From Toensbergia leucococca (lineage: Eukaryota), in contig JALDZS010000009.1 of NCBI GenBank assembly GCA_022813965.1, positions 245,810-265,809 of the forward strand: 20,000 nucleotides of DNA. Reading direction: 5' to 3'. Under the pieces are notes generated by a model. The model was not told the origin of the DNA, searched no databases, and saw only the letters and a program-made list of their open reading frames with translations. Of the stretch, positions 8,675 to 20,000 are shown one piece after another (position 1 is the first letter of the stretch; the number at the start of each line of letters is the position of its first letter). The position numbers and the translations under genes are program-made.

Positions 8675-11600
8675 ATGTCTTCACCATTCCCAGCGCCAAA
8701 TTATGCCTATCCTGACCGAGCCGCCGCGTCCTCCCCAAGTCAAGTCAGCAAAGGTAGAGAATCTTCTCAACAACCAGAGGATGTGACTATACGTCAAATG
8801 AGGCGTAAGTTCTGTCCTTTGGGCTGCCTTTAGGCAGCATTGTTGACCGGAACGCGCAGTAAAGGTGTTGTACACGTTCGATGACCAGAACAAGACTAAT
8901 TGCCTTGCTCGTTGGCCACATGTCCTTGATATTCGAACAGCTTACCTCGACGAAAGTACACAGATTGGCGTCATCGAGCTCAAAACCTGCATCCAGGCTA
9001 TCGTCTCTGCTAGCCCGGAATTGGTTGTGAAGCTTGGCCAAGATTATACAGTTTACGCCTATGACTATTCAGAATATGAGACGCCTCTCGTAGGTCAAGG
9101 GATGCTATCATGGGTGCTAGCGTCATCGTCATCAACCCCTTCGGCCCCAGCACATCAATCACGGACTGTTGTGACTGGACGTGTTTGCAAGAACATCATG
9201 GGGCTCTTTTCAAGCAGTACCCAAGAGACTCTTGAGGTTAAACTGCGTCTAGTCCCCGTCCCAACAAGTTTACAGAGTGAATATATTGAGAGTATGCGAA
9301 AATATCGAGATCTTAGTAGGGTTATGCCGGGAGACTTTGATGCTGGGGCTTGGACATCGTTTCTTCAGGCAAATCCTGGAATCCTACAGTTAGCAGAACA
9401 AAATGAAAGTCAGTCACCACAGAATGGGCAATTACAAAATGAAGGATTCGGTATCGAACATATCCAGCGATTAGTCAATGGGGGCCCAGCGCCAAGGCAT
9501 TCTGGAGAGTCACGAGGATTTCAGGTATCAGGGCCGGGGAATCAACATGTTCGGACCACAAGCCCATCATCAGGCGGTCGTTCAGTGACTGCCCCGCAGC
9601 CTCAACGAGAAGGATTATCAAGGGCTTCTTCCAGAACATCAATTCGAGACGTGCAACAACAGAGATTTGTGAGGCAAGAGTCAGTAGATACCGGGTTTGC
9701 GAGCACCGATGACCGATCAGATGAATGGCCGGCCAAGAAAAGAGCCAAAGTCATCAAAGTAGATTGGCCCGGTAAAGCCAACTTTGGAACTCAGCCGGAA
9801 TCCTTGAGAGTTGCGGCTAGCACAGCAGCATCTGTTCGAGTCCATCAGCCAACAGCAATCCGTCCCTCAGGTAGCGCGGCGAAGTCCTTGGAAATACATC
9901 CTAGAGCACCCACACCGATTGCGAACCCCACCAATCAGATGAAGAAACCTTTGCTACCTGCAGTTGGTAGCCTCCTTCGAAGTGAGTCATTTGTCGCAAG
10001 TAGTGACACGTATCAATCGCCCTATATGATGTCCGAGGAGATTTCAAAGCCACCAGAGTCAACGATGACTTCTCCTGATGCAAGCCGTGCTGCTAGCTCA
10101 TCACTCACCCCTGCAGATATTGCATCGTCTCCACCCGTATTACCAGACATCTCAACAGCTCCTTCTAGTCCACTTCTACCTATGCTGCCTCGAGATATGG
10201 ACTCTGGCTTCATGAGTGGCTCTTTCGATGACTTGTTTGAGGACGATGAGAATCGCCCTCTTGATGAAGAAGATTTTGATATTGCAGCCCAATACAGCAA
10301 ACGCGGTGATCTAACTACAGCAGCGGAGGACATAGGAGAAGTCGGAAAAATACACGATATGGGATCTGCTAACGAGCAATATGACCAAATTCGCTCCAAC
10401 GCTCTCTCTAATCCTAAGCCACTAGCGAAAGGCTCCTCGAGGTCTCGTGTGCTAGATAGGACCACATCCTCTGGCGGTCTGGCTTCTTCGTCTATCACTG
10501 CCAGTGATCCTATCAGACCTAGTGTAAGTGGTTTACAGCGATCGATGACGTGGTCCGGCCATCAAATGCCACATGCTGTTTCGGATGCGCCAACGGAGCC
10601 TGGCAAGTCAAAGATTACAAAAAGACCATATTCTCGAAGGGGATCTGGATCTGGAGTGAGACGGAAGAAAGCTATAGAGAAGAAGCTAGTGAGATCTGTG
10701 GCCGCTGGTGAGGTGCCGCCATTTTGTGACAATTGTGGGGCCATTGAAACACCAACTTGGAGGAAAGCTTGGGTCAAAACTCATAGTGGTACGCCGGAAC
10801 ATGTGCGAATCTCTGATGAAGAGGGCGGCATCATTGCTTGGCAAGCCATGGAGAATGATGAGACCGGTAACGTTTCTCTGTATAAGATTTTCAAGAGGTC
10901 TCTTTTAGAAGGTGATGTAGGCTTTTCAGAGATCTCATTGTGTAATCGTAAGTCTCCACGTGCCATAATCAATGACAGAGAACTTATGGTATTCCAGCTT
11001 GTGGGTTGTCCCTGCACAAACGCAAGTGCGTGCGACCGAAGGAGGTTTGGGAGAAAACTCAAAAGGGTCCTGATGAGAAACGTAGGCGCGCACCTCGATC
11101 GAAAACGAAGCCCGTGGATTCAACGGGCGAACAACCTACAACTGATGCGTCGCAGGGGATGGGCATACAGTCTGATGCTTCTTCACCAGCGAATGGCGCT
11201 ATTCAGGAGAGCAATGTAGAAGAAGCCTCGCAGCTGAAGCCTCTCCAGTGTAGAAGGGCATCGAGCGTCCAGATGGGCTCCCGTTCTGCTCATATGAATG
11301 AAGTTGATGCGGCTCTTGCACTCCAACGAGCTATTCAATCATCACCTGCCCGATTCCTTGGCACACAAATTATCCCTATCGAGGTCGATGACCTGACACC
11401 AAAGCCAACAAGACGGGTGCTATTTCCTTCGCCACCCCAGAATAACGATACCGATCGATTGCAATGCCCCGATTCAGATGCAGCTCAAATCCAAGCACGG
11501 AGCCCAGGTAATAGTGAATATGGCCTCCAAGTCGACGGTGATCAAGCCAACAAAGAAAATTGTCCTCCTCCAGCCGAAGAAGACCAACTGGGCCATCTTT

Positions 11601-12181
11601 TCGAAGAAGCCAGCCATCCCATCACTTGTCCAACAACACCCACTCCCACAAGCAAAGACAACAACAACCCTTTCAAAACACCCACTGCTTCCGCAACGCC
11701 CACTCGTCCTCCCCCAACAACTGGGGACTTCTTCTCCTCCGCCGCGAAAGCTCTCTTTCGCCCAATCGTGACCCCTAAACGCACACCGACCAAATCTAGC
11801 TCCCAGCCCTTGGCAGAGATGACCCCCTTCACCGCTCACCTTAATCGCCTCCTCTCCGAAGCGACCAACACCTCTCCTTCAGCCGGAAACTTTGACTTCC
11901 CCTCATTGCCCTCTCTAGACAATACCCCGGGCCGTGTTCGCCACGAATTCGATTTTACCCAATTCGACTCCCAGGATCTGCTGAGCACGGACGTACCTAT
12001 GCCGAGTAGCCCCCCTGTTTGGTTTGGTGTTTATGAGGATCCGGCTGAGCAGGGCAGTGGGCTGTGGAGCGAGTATCAATTTCCAGATAGCCCTGGGTTG
12101 AGTTTCGACGAGAAGAGTACGCCGGGGTTGGTAATTGATGAACGGGGGCACGCCCGCGTTGGGTTCGATGGAGATGGGTAG
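8675..12181 (+). CDS. AMS2: Ams2/Spt21-family GATA-type transcription factor (about 1,133 aa)
   Basis: Exons 8675..8804, 8860..10947 and 10998..12181. Introns 8805..8859 and 10948..10997 (both GTAAGT...CAG). N-terminal MRLKVLYTFD...CLAR...SPEL...DYTVYAYDYSEYETPLVGQG block resembles the Ams2/Spt21 N-terminus. Zinc finger CDNCGAIETPTWRKAW...LCNPCGL. Acidic, aromatic C-terminal tail. Confidence 0.85.
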
Positions 12182-12672
12182 GATACGGAGAGTGAATGGG
12201 TTGCGATGAGGATAGAGGTGGCGGTTGCCAGATAACGAACTCTATTTTGCATTGCTTCGGCGTTTTGACTGAGCTCTTAGCTGATTTGTCTTGCATGATT
12301 CCAATTTTATGATGGAGATAGCATACCCTCGTGTAGCATTGAGCAATTAGAATTTCAATTCGCATGTGGTCAAATTGAAATGGTGTCATTGCTATTGGGC
12401 GCTCTCTGCATTGCAAGCATAAATGCTATTCCGCCGGCGGAAACACTCATCTCTCTACGGAGCACGCCGTCTCACCGAGCGCCATGTTGCGCCGGAAAGC
12501 CATCAAGCACCCCTTCACGCCGTGAACCCACCTTCCTCTGGCCTCAGCCCACGATCAATAAAACACATTCGTTTCCCATGCATCGCCTCTCCACCGTCCC
12601 AGATCTCCGCCCCAAGGGGTCAACCCCAAGAATCGTTTTAAATCATCGCAACCCGTCCCTCGATACCATTTA

Positions 12673-13254
12673 TCAGTCTGCCCCAGCATCATAGAAAATC
12701 TCCTTGTATCGATGCGTCGCATCCACGACCGCTTCGACGGCTTTGAAATCTGTCAATTTGTGAATCCCGGATACCGTTAGCCCTCTTGCTACTCCTCCCC
12801 AAGAATGTTATAGTTGGGGAAGAGATGGGGTAGATGGTGGGGGTGGTGGCAGAGGTGGAATGATATCGGCGCAGAGGAGGAGATAGGGGGTTACCGATAT
12901 TTGTGCCAAAGTCGGTGGCTTGGAAGACTTTGATGCTCATGTCCGGTTGGACCTTGCCGACGATTTCGACCGCAGAATTGAGGGTTAGGTGCGCGTCCTG
13001 TTATATCGCCCGCCAATTACATCAGCTTCTTATTCTTCTTCTTCTTCTTTTTAGGATGAGAGTTCGGCAGCCGGTTGATTTTTTGGGGGCAGGGGGCGAC
13101 TCACGCGATTTAGATGTACAGTGACGCTGCCGCCGGCGTCGAGGATGGCGGTTTCGCCGTGTAGGGAGGTGACGCGGCCGAGGAGGCGGATGGTGCTGTG
13201 GGGAAAGGAGGAGAGGTGGCGGGAGTTTATGCGGGGGGTAGATTCGGTGGGCAT
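12673..13254 (-). CDS. SSB3: Replication protein A 14-kDa subunit (RPA3/Ssb3), 109 aa
   Basis: Exons 13254..13105, 12997..12895 and 12749..12673. Introns GTGAGT...CAG (13104..12998) and GTAACC...GCTAAC...CAG (12894..12750). Protein MPTESTPRINS...TIRLLGRV...AVEIVGKV...DFGTNIDFKAVEAVVDATHRYKEIFYD fits the RPA3 OB-fold. Confidence 0.92.
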
Positions 13255-16200
13255 TTTTGGAGGGCGGGGTGGGGGAGAGTTGTAGCTGGGTGGAGTTATT
13301 TGGGTTGGTTTTGTGGAGATAGAGGTTTGAGTGGAAGAATTGCGGGGCGAGGTTGAGGGCGCCACGGGCGCGTGGAGGGGTGGGCGCGAAGGTGACACGG
13401 AGGGGCGTGATTGATTGATCAGATGTCCTCTAAGACTCACTTTACTCCATATTGAAGACTTCAATAGCTGTACTTCCTACGTCTAAATTGCAGTAATTGA
13501 AGCTTTTCTTTCAAAAAGGGGTTTTTTGCTGATACTGATTGTCCATTGAGCAATGAATACTGTTTATCCCGTCGCCAACACTCACCTTCTCAACTTCCAG
13601 AATATCTTTGAGAGCGAATATTCTAGAACACCTGTCAGCTATGAAGAGGCTCTCTGGCCGAAATCAAAATTTAGGAATGCCATCATAGGTAAAGCAGGCA
13701 TGATCATGTCTTCAGGAGTCATCATTAAACTCAAGCTAATGGTACTGCTGATCATAAAAACAGTGATGACTCTCAGTCAAATGTTCAGAAAATATGTGTG
13801 TACTTGGCTTAGAGCACGTACTACTCCTGAATCTCGCAACCCACGACACGATCTACATCGCAAGAAACCCCTCATGCTCAACCTCAATCTCACAACCGCC
13901 AAATAAAGGTGGTGATACCGAGGGCCGTGAGCTAGTGCCGTCCATGCCAAACTCTATTACTGATCCCTTTGGATGCGAGATGTTCCCAATCAAGCAGGTG
14001 GGGTTTCCAGCGGAAAACAAATCTGGAAAATATGGGGAGAGGGGAGAGGGAAGAGGGATAAGGCACATGCTCCCTTGTCTATGAGAGGTCCGCTCGAGAA
14101 CCTTACCAGCGCTGGCGTCGCTCTTTCTTTTGCATCTTCCCCCATACAGATCTATCTCACCAGGAACATCAACCTTGTTGTTGCGGAACGCTAATTGCTA
14201 CCTGTGGTGCCTGTCACTACCGACACCATGGGATCACGATGACTATCGAGCCTATGTATCACTTTTGCAGAACTACTACGCATTCAACAGGTAAAGTTGA
14301 ATTCACGGCCATTCCGGTGGTCAATCTCTTCTCTTTTCGCTCATAAAGCTGCGTTTCTTTTACCTGCCTATCTTTTGTTGGGACTTCATCCTAGTCCGCA
14401 CAGTAATGCTTTTGAGTTGTTAGTATCTTCTTCTTCTACTTTTACTTTTATCACCGTAGTGGCAGTGTATTGTGAACGCAGCATATCCTGGTCTGTATGT
14501 CGGCCATAACCGTTAGCTCCCGGAGGATGGTTTTCTTTTTTCCAAATGGAGCGATCTACAACAATGTTACAGCAAAGAAATGGTTTTTCCTCGCAACGAA
14601 GTAAATAGATTTGTCAACATTATGATCGTGAACGAAGGAACAACGCATCTAGTCTCGGGAACGCACGACACTTTGGATCTCGATTTCTTGGACGGACCGA
14701 CGGGTTCTTAAAAATCCTGCCTATAATTCAATTGCTCGGACAGGCACAAAGTGTTTACGTTACATGTCAATGTACTCGGGGCCTTTTGCTGGATTCATAG
14801 GTCTGTGCAATGATAGGACTCAATGCCCTAAGTCGGTCTAGACTATCCTCTCATATCCATGATCCAGAGAATGATACAAGTAGAGGATATTCACATTGAT
14901 TGAAGATGAAAGTGAAGGAGATCGAGAAATTCGTGCTAAATCAGCTTCATAGTGCTGTGTAAGTGCGCGAGTGGCGCCAATCGGAATATGCTCAATATGG
15001 TCGGAAATCACGGAGTTGCCCCACATTTTTGAGGAGACGAGTACACCGATTGACGAAAAGCTACCAGATCAAATCGAGGGGATGGATCTCTCGGAAAGGG
15101 TCTGAAGTTCGATTTTCACATAGCATGAGACGGCTAACTAGAATGTTGTACCGAGTACGGATACTCAGACTCTGCAACATCGACCTGATTGAGAAGTCGG
15201 AAGCAGACTTTTGCCCAGACAGCACGAGTACTCTAGTTGCACATTGTAGCCACACAGCCCAAGATTCCATCGTGCATTTAATGCGACGACCTGAGCCCAG
15301 ACCTGAGCCCAGCCACGTAGCACGTGCGGAGAAAGTTCTCATGCAGAATGCCCATAGGCTAAACTGTAAATGTGCGAATGATTTGGCAGCCATCCCTCGA
15401 TCACGTTAGAATATGTTATTCTAAGCGCTGGGCACATTGACAGTGCAAAGGAATTGGCTTAGCCTCTTATGGCTGTTAATCGGTCGATTGAACCCTGCAG
15501 CATCGGAAGGTTCACCGAAGTCCAGAGATAAAGAAGGTACAACGGCGATCTTTGGCTGTTCTTTGTTCCAGCCTTGAATGCGTTTGGACGGCAGTCAATG
15601 TAACATTATTTTCAGGGTCTACGGAGATACTTCCGACAGCGAAGCTAGTGGTACCGTATTAGTCGTTATCTAATACATTCCCTGTACGGATAGCCAAGCA
15701 CGATCATCCTTTGTAGAAGTGATCCAGGTACCTTACCTTACCTTTTGATCTAGTCATTATTCATGCGAAGATGCTATGAATTTTCAATACACTGATAGAT
15801 TATACAACGACTGAAAGAACTAAGACAGCAACCATACATTTCTATGTTGTTCAAAGGGGATCATGTATTTCTATTCAAGTGTGAAGGCTTACACGGAGGT
15901 TTCCGCTTCTCAGATGACGGCCAATTCTCTTTCAAATGCCATGTTGATGCCACGGTACTTCTGTATTATGAAGAGACTAGCAATGGTGCGGTCGAGGACC
16001 TGAGTGCCTCGGCCTTCGCCAGACAATGAGATGACGGGACTAATAGTGCCGATGCTGAAGACCAATGCAGTTCCTTACCATCGAAAGACCTGTGACAATA
16101 AAAGACCCTAATGTATTGAAATATCTGCGGTATCACTAGTGTCATTATTATGCCATGCCACTCTCGACGGCAAAGACGTGAAGAGTGTATTATTAATGGT

Positions 16201-16343
16201 ATTGATGCGATCGGCACGTACCCAGGCTATCGACGGCATTCACAGCAATTGGCAGTCACATTCCCCGTCCACCCGTTATTATTCTTGGGAATCCCTCTTC
16301 CTTTTGCAACCAACTCTGGCATTGTTTATCATCTCGCGCCAAC

Positions 16344-17591
16344 ATGACAACCGCGACACAGGGCTACATGTCGTCGGACATGCTGCAAACCCCTGGCTTC
16401 TTCACCTCTGCCATGTCCGAGGGCGAAAACCCCTTCGAGATCTCTTTCAAATCGGGAAACGCCACACTGGAACGTGCCAAAGAACACAAACAATCCAATG
16501 AAGCAAATGAACAGCGAGACATCAATAGCTATTTCCTACGTGCCCAAACCAGAGACGCATCCAACACTCCTCTCTACAGCTTCTCTCCTCGCCCAAGTCC
16601 TGGATCGCCCTTTGCTGATCAACGCCCCTCGCTGGGAGGAATGGATGTCGCGACACAGTTTGCCTGGAATGGATCCAAGTTAGACAACCCACCGAACAGA
16701 CACAAAGTGCGGATGCTTTCACCTCCAACATCCGCCGTTCAAGAACCCGAGAACTGGCCATACTACGATTTTCCCCAGCAACCAGTCCGATCTCCTCTCC
16801 ACTATCTCCTCACACAAAGTCCAACCAACACTCGGACACAATACGGCCAACCCACTCCACCCGACGATCACACACCCAGTACCTTTGGCTATGTTTCTCA
16901 ACCTCAGCAAGCTCCGTCCCCCGCAGTAGTCAGAAATACTGCTGCCGGAAAACGTAAACGCCACTCCAAAGATCCCTCGAAACCATCAGCCAAGCGTGGT
17001 CGGAAAGCCGCAGCCTACTCTAAGAACAAGAACTTCGATCTCTCGTCTACAGACACCAACAATTTAGACGATGCTAAGCGCTCAAAATTCCTGGAACGCA
17101 ACCGTGTCGCGGCGTCGAAATGTCGACAGAAGAAGAAGGAATGGACATCGAACCTGGAAACTCGCGCTCGAGAGCTGCAGAACAACAAAAAGCAGCTTGC
17201 TATGATGGTGGATTCATTGAGAGAGGAGATGTTATCTGTGAAGGGTGAACTGCTGAAGCATACTGGTTGTGGCTGTAAGCAAATCAGAGATTACCTGAGT
17301 CAAGAAGTCAATGCCATGACATACCCACGAGCATTGGAAAGTGCGGCGAGCCCGATCGGTACTGCACCATCAAGTAGACATGGGAGCATGAGTGATGGTT
17401 CCGATCACGATCATGAGGAATCGAGATCTAAGAGGAAGGCTTCTAAAACTTCTCCACTAACTCAAGACGACCCCTCACCACCCTCACCGACCGTGCATTT
17501 CAAATCGGAAACCCATTTAGAAGCGCTGCTCAATAGCGAATTGGCCAACGACACCAGCGATCAAAGATTTGCAGCACGAATCGGGCAATAA
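16344..17591 (+). CDS. bZIP transcription factor, ATF/CREB family (Atf21/AtfB-like)
   Basis: Intronless 415-aa ORF. Basic region KRSKFLERNRVAASKCRQKKK, a leucine zipper, and the LLKHTGCGC...IRDYL tail typical of fungal ATF-type bZIPs. Confidence 0.9.
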   Translation: MTTATQGYMSSDMLQTPGFFTSAMSEGENPFEISFKSGNATLERAKEHKQSNEANEQRDINSYFLRAQTRDASNTPLYSFSPRPSPGSPFADQRPSLGGMDVATQFAWNGSKLDNPPNRHKVRMLSPPTSAVQEPENWPYYDFPQQPVRSPLHYLLTQSPTNTRTQYGQPTPPDDHTPSTFGYVSQPQQAPSPAVVRNTAAGKRKRHSKDPSKPSAKRGRKAAAYSKNKNFDLSSTDTNNLDDAKRSKFLERNRVAASKCRQKKKEWTSNLETRARELQNNKKQLAMMVDSLREEMLSVKGELLKHTGCGCKQIRDYLSQEVNAMTYPRALESAASPIGTAPSSRHGSMSDGSDHDHEESRSKRKASKTSPLTQDDPSPPSPTVHFKSETHLEALLNSELANDTSDQRFAARIGQ

Positions 17592-18675
17592 TATTGTTCT
17601 ACTTGGGAGATCTCGATAGTGGTTTCGGTTTTCGGTGTTAAGGGCGGACATGGACGATACATGCCAACGAGTCTCCTTATGATACCTGCCGCCATTGGCC
17701 CCTCAGTTTCTATGATTCCTTGCTTGCATACTACTGTGGCTTTTAAAGCGCAATCCAGCGGCGGAATGGTGTGGCACTTATTTTTTAGGGTCATTAGCGG
17801 TTACGATAGTCACGGGTTGAGGACCTTTTCCTTAAAGTGTATATGTTTTTTATTCCCCAGCCAGGCAACAATACCCCATACGCGATTTGGAATTTTTTCT
17901 TATGTGCCGATGTCGCCCGAGTTGATTTTGGTTTTGAGCTTAGGTGTTTTGACGACAATCTGCTTTTATTTGCTTTCTGGTACATGACTTTGAGAAATTC
18001 TTCGCTTTCAAAAAGCGACAAGCCAGCCAACAATCGGTGCGTGGCCAGGTATCCAATTCACACGATATCAGTTTTTTGAAACCACGTTCAGTTAAGGTCT
18101 CTACTCCTACTTACCCTAAGTAAGGGGTGCTCTACGTTTCCGCTTGGATGTTGTCCTACTATCTATGTTTTCTCCCAAAGTGGCGCCCTTCAAAGTGTCG
18201 ATACCCGATTTTCGGGCCTAAATTTCCACACATCAAAAAATCCAGAATCCTGAATCCTTCTCATTATGCTAATGTCACCGTTTTGACCTCAAGAGATCCC
18301 CCACAAAACTAGATTCATCTAGGAGCTTACTCATACCAATGCACACTCCCCCCCCACATAAATTGTTGCATTTTGGCACGCCCCACTTGGAAGCCCCTCG
18401 TTATCTAAAGCTTTCCTAGAATAAAACTGCATCAATCAAGTCCTTTTTACGTACAAATCCAAACTCTCTCACCCCCCTCAAACCACTTTTCCTATTAATC
18501 AATCAATCATTCGACTTATGAGATTCCTTGGTTTTTGGAGGGGATTCCGGGTCTGGCTAACCGAAGTAGTGAGGAGGATGAGGTTTCGTTGCGTGTCTGC
18601 TCGGGCGGGGGGGGAAACTGGATATCGCTTTCATGGGAAAGAACTCCAGCGGCTGTACCCACCCACCAAGCCTCC

Positions 18676-18712
18676 CTCTCTCTATCTCTCTGTCTCTCTC
18701 TCTCTCTCTCTC
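18676..18712 (+). repeat. (CT)n microsatellite, interrupted
   Basis: CTCTCTCTATCTCTCTGTCTCTCTCTCTCTCTCTCTC. Confidence 0.85.
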
Positions 18713-20000
18713 ATACACCAAGACTCATGTTACCCACTTCATCACCGCCCTTCCCCTTCCCCTTGCCCTATATAAACTCCAATTCCAAGTCCCAAGGGCC
18801 CCGGGGAGGGTTGGCGCACTAGGGTTTCGGATCCCTTTTTATTTTGGAGATCTGAACGTCCTTTGCTGCCCCCGACCCCCCCAAGCCCCCGAGACCTTGA
18901 TGAAACACGTACGCTGTTCTAAGATTATTTTGCTAGAAAGTATGTTTCGGATTTGTATACGCGGGTCCGGTCCTAGGCGGTTGAAATGGACCATCTTTTG
19001 TCTTTTTGTCTTGATTTTGTTATGAAGGGGGGGGGGAAGGCGCTGCTGGGTTTTTGCGTGGAGAGCGGGTGTGGGGGACGGGGGCATGAGTCCGTGGGGT
19101 GTCATGGTGTGATATATCAGGTGATTGTATTTTCAAGTCAGGTCAGGTATCTGCAGGCCTTTGCATATGCCTCCTCAACCCCTCCCGACCACTCCACTCA
19201 CATCTATCATACAGGCGATTCAAATCAGCCCCAACGCAAAAAAAACCTCCACCCCATCACCAACACCACCGCAGCCATCCTCCCACCTCAACAAACTCTT
19301 CCAAAACCTCATCCCCTAACAACCAAATCTCCAGCCTCTAATATCTGCACCTCCCAAAACCTTTAGCCTGCATAACTCGCGTGGAGATCTTGCAGTCTAC
19401 AATCCCCCCCCTAAGTAGGTTTTCAAGCAGGTGTCTGTCAAGCTACCATCCCGCTTCCTTCAGCTATGTGGCACCGCTTTTGTTTTACTGCAGGCATAAT
19501 AACCGCGTTTTCATGTGGCGTAGGGGGAATGATCACTTCATGTTGGCATTTATGAGACGCTTCTTGGTCCAGAAGCGTGGGTCCTGTGACTTGTTCCTTG
19601 CCGGTTCTGACATGTCGTAAGAGAGTTGATTGCAAGTTGTACAATTTCGACTACGTTGGTTTGGATTTTGGGTAGGTTCGAGTATCTGGAAAGTTGAGAT
19701 TTTCTTTTTGTTACGTTCGTTGAGTTGGAGAGTAGGGTTGTTGAAGGTTGGGCTTGATGGCGTAGAGGAAGGGAAGGAAGTGGCTGGGTGTCAAAGGTTG
19801 AGATTGGGGTAGCTGATATCTGATGGTCTTCATACTGAGCGAGTGAAAAATATCATCCAGTCCTTTCGCCCATCAGAGCCAAGGAAACTTCATAGAGCAA
19901 GTTTTTTGAAAATCCTGATTTCGATAAGGGAGAAGTGAGCTTTTTAATGTGAGCAACGTATGCAAAATTGATTGCGAAATTGACGAGGTAGTAACTTGGT

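Noticed and set aside
10948..11219. Apparent overlap or frameshift between the 784-aa and 391-aa ORFs
   Set aside because: Explained by the 50-nt intron 10948-10997. The TEL1 and DAK ORF splits are likewise introns.
14963..15409. 148-aa (+) and 110-aa (-) ORFs with a 12-bp duplication ACCTGAGCCCAG
   Set aside because: No recognisable homology or codon bias; probably chance ORFs in the bZIP upstream region.
18105..18127. CCCTAA telomere-like word and small CTTAC/GTAAG hairpin
   Set aside because: A single repeat unit and a 5-bp stem are expected by chance.
19670..19690. GGTTCGAGT resembling a tRNA T-loop/B-box
   Set aside because: Flanks do not form a T-stem and no cloverleaf is visible.
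1..20000. CRISPR arrays, rRNA or prokaryotic operon structure
   Set aside because: The sequence is intron-containing fungal nuclear DNA; no repeat-spacer array or rRNA-like sequence was seen.

Overview
Eukaryotic DNA from a filamentous ascomycete (Pezizomycotina-type: short GT-AG introns with RCTRAY branch sites). It holds seven protein-coding genes: the 3' part of TEL1/ATM kinase (+), a SIM-containing RING protein of the SUMO-targeted ubiquitin ligase type (-), dihydroxyacetone kinase (+), Sm D2 (-), an Ams2/Spt21-type GATA factor (+), RPA3/Ssb3 (-) and an ATF/CREB (Atf21/AtfB-like) bZIP factor (+). The most unusual feature is a 1,025-bp non-coding foldback element at 4388-5412, lying between the divergent RING-ligase and DAK genes. 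It has perfect 43-bp terminal inverted repeats, a near-perfect 8-bp flanking direct repeat, a second inner pair of long inverted repeats, and a hairpin at its midpoint. It is most likely a non-autonomous DNA transposon (MITE/foldback) that I cannot assign to a family. The regions 13.3-16.3 kb and 17.6-20 kb contain no convincing gene.
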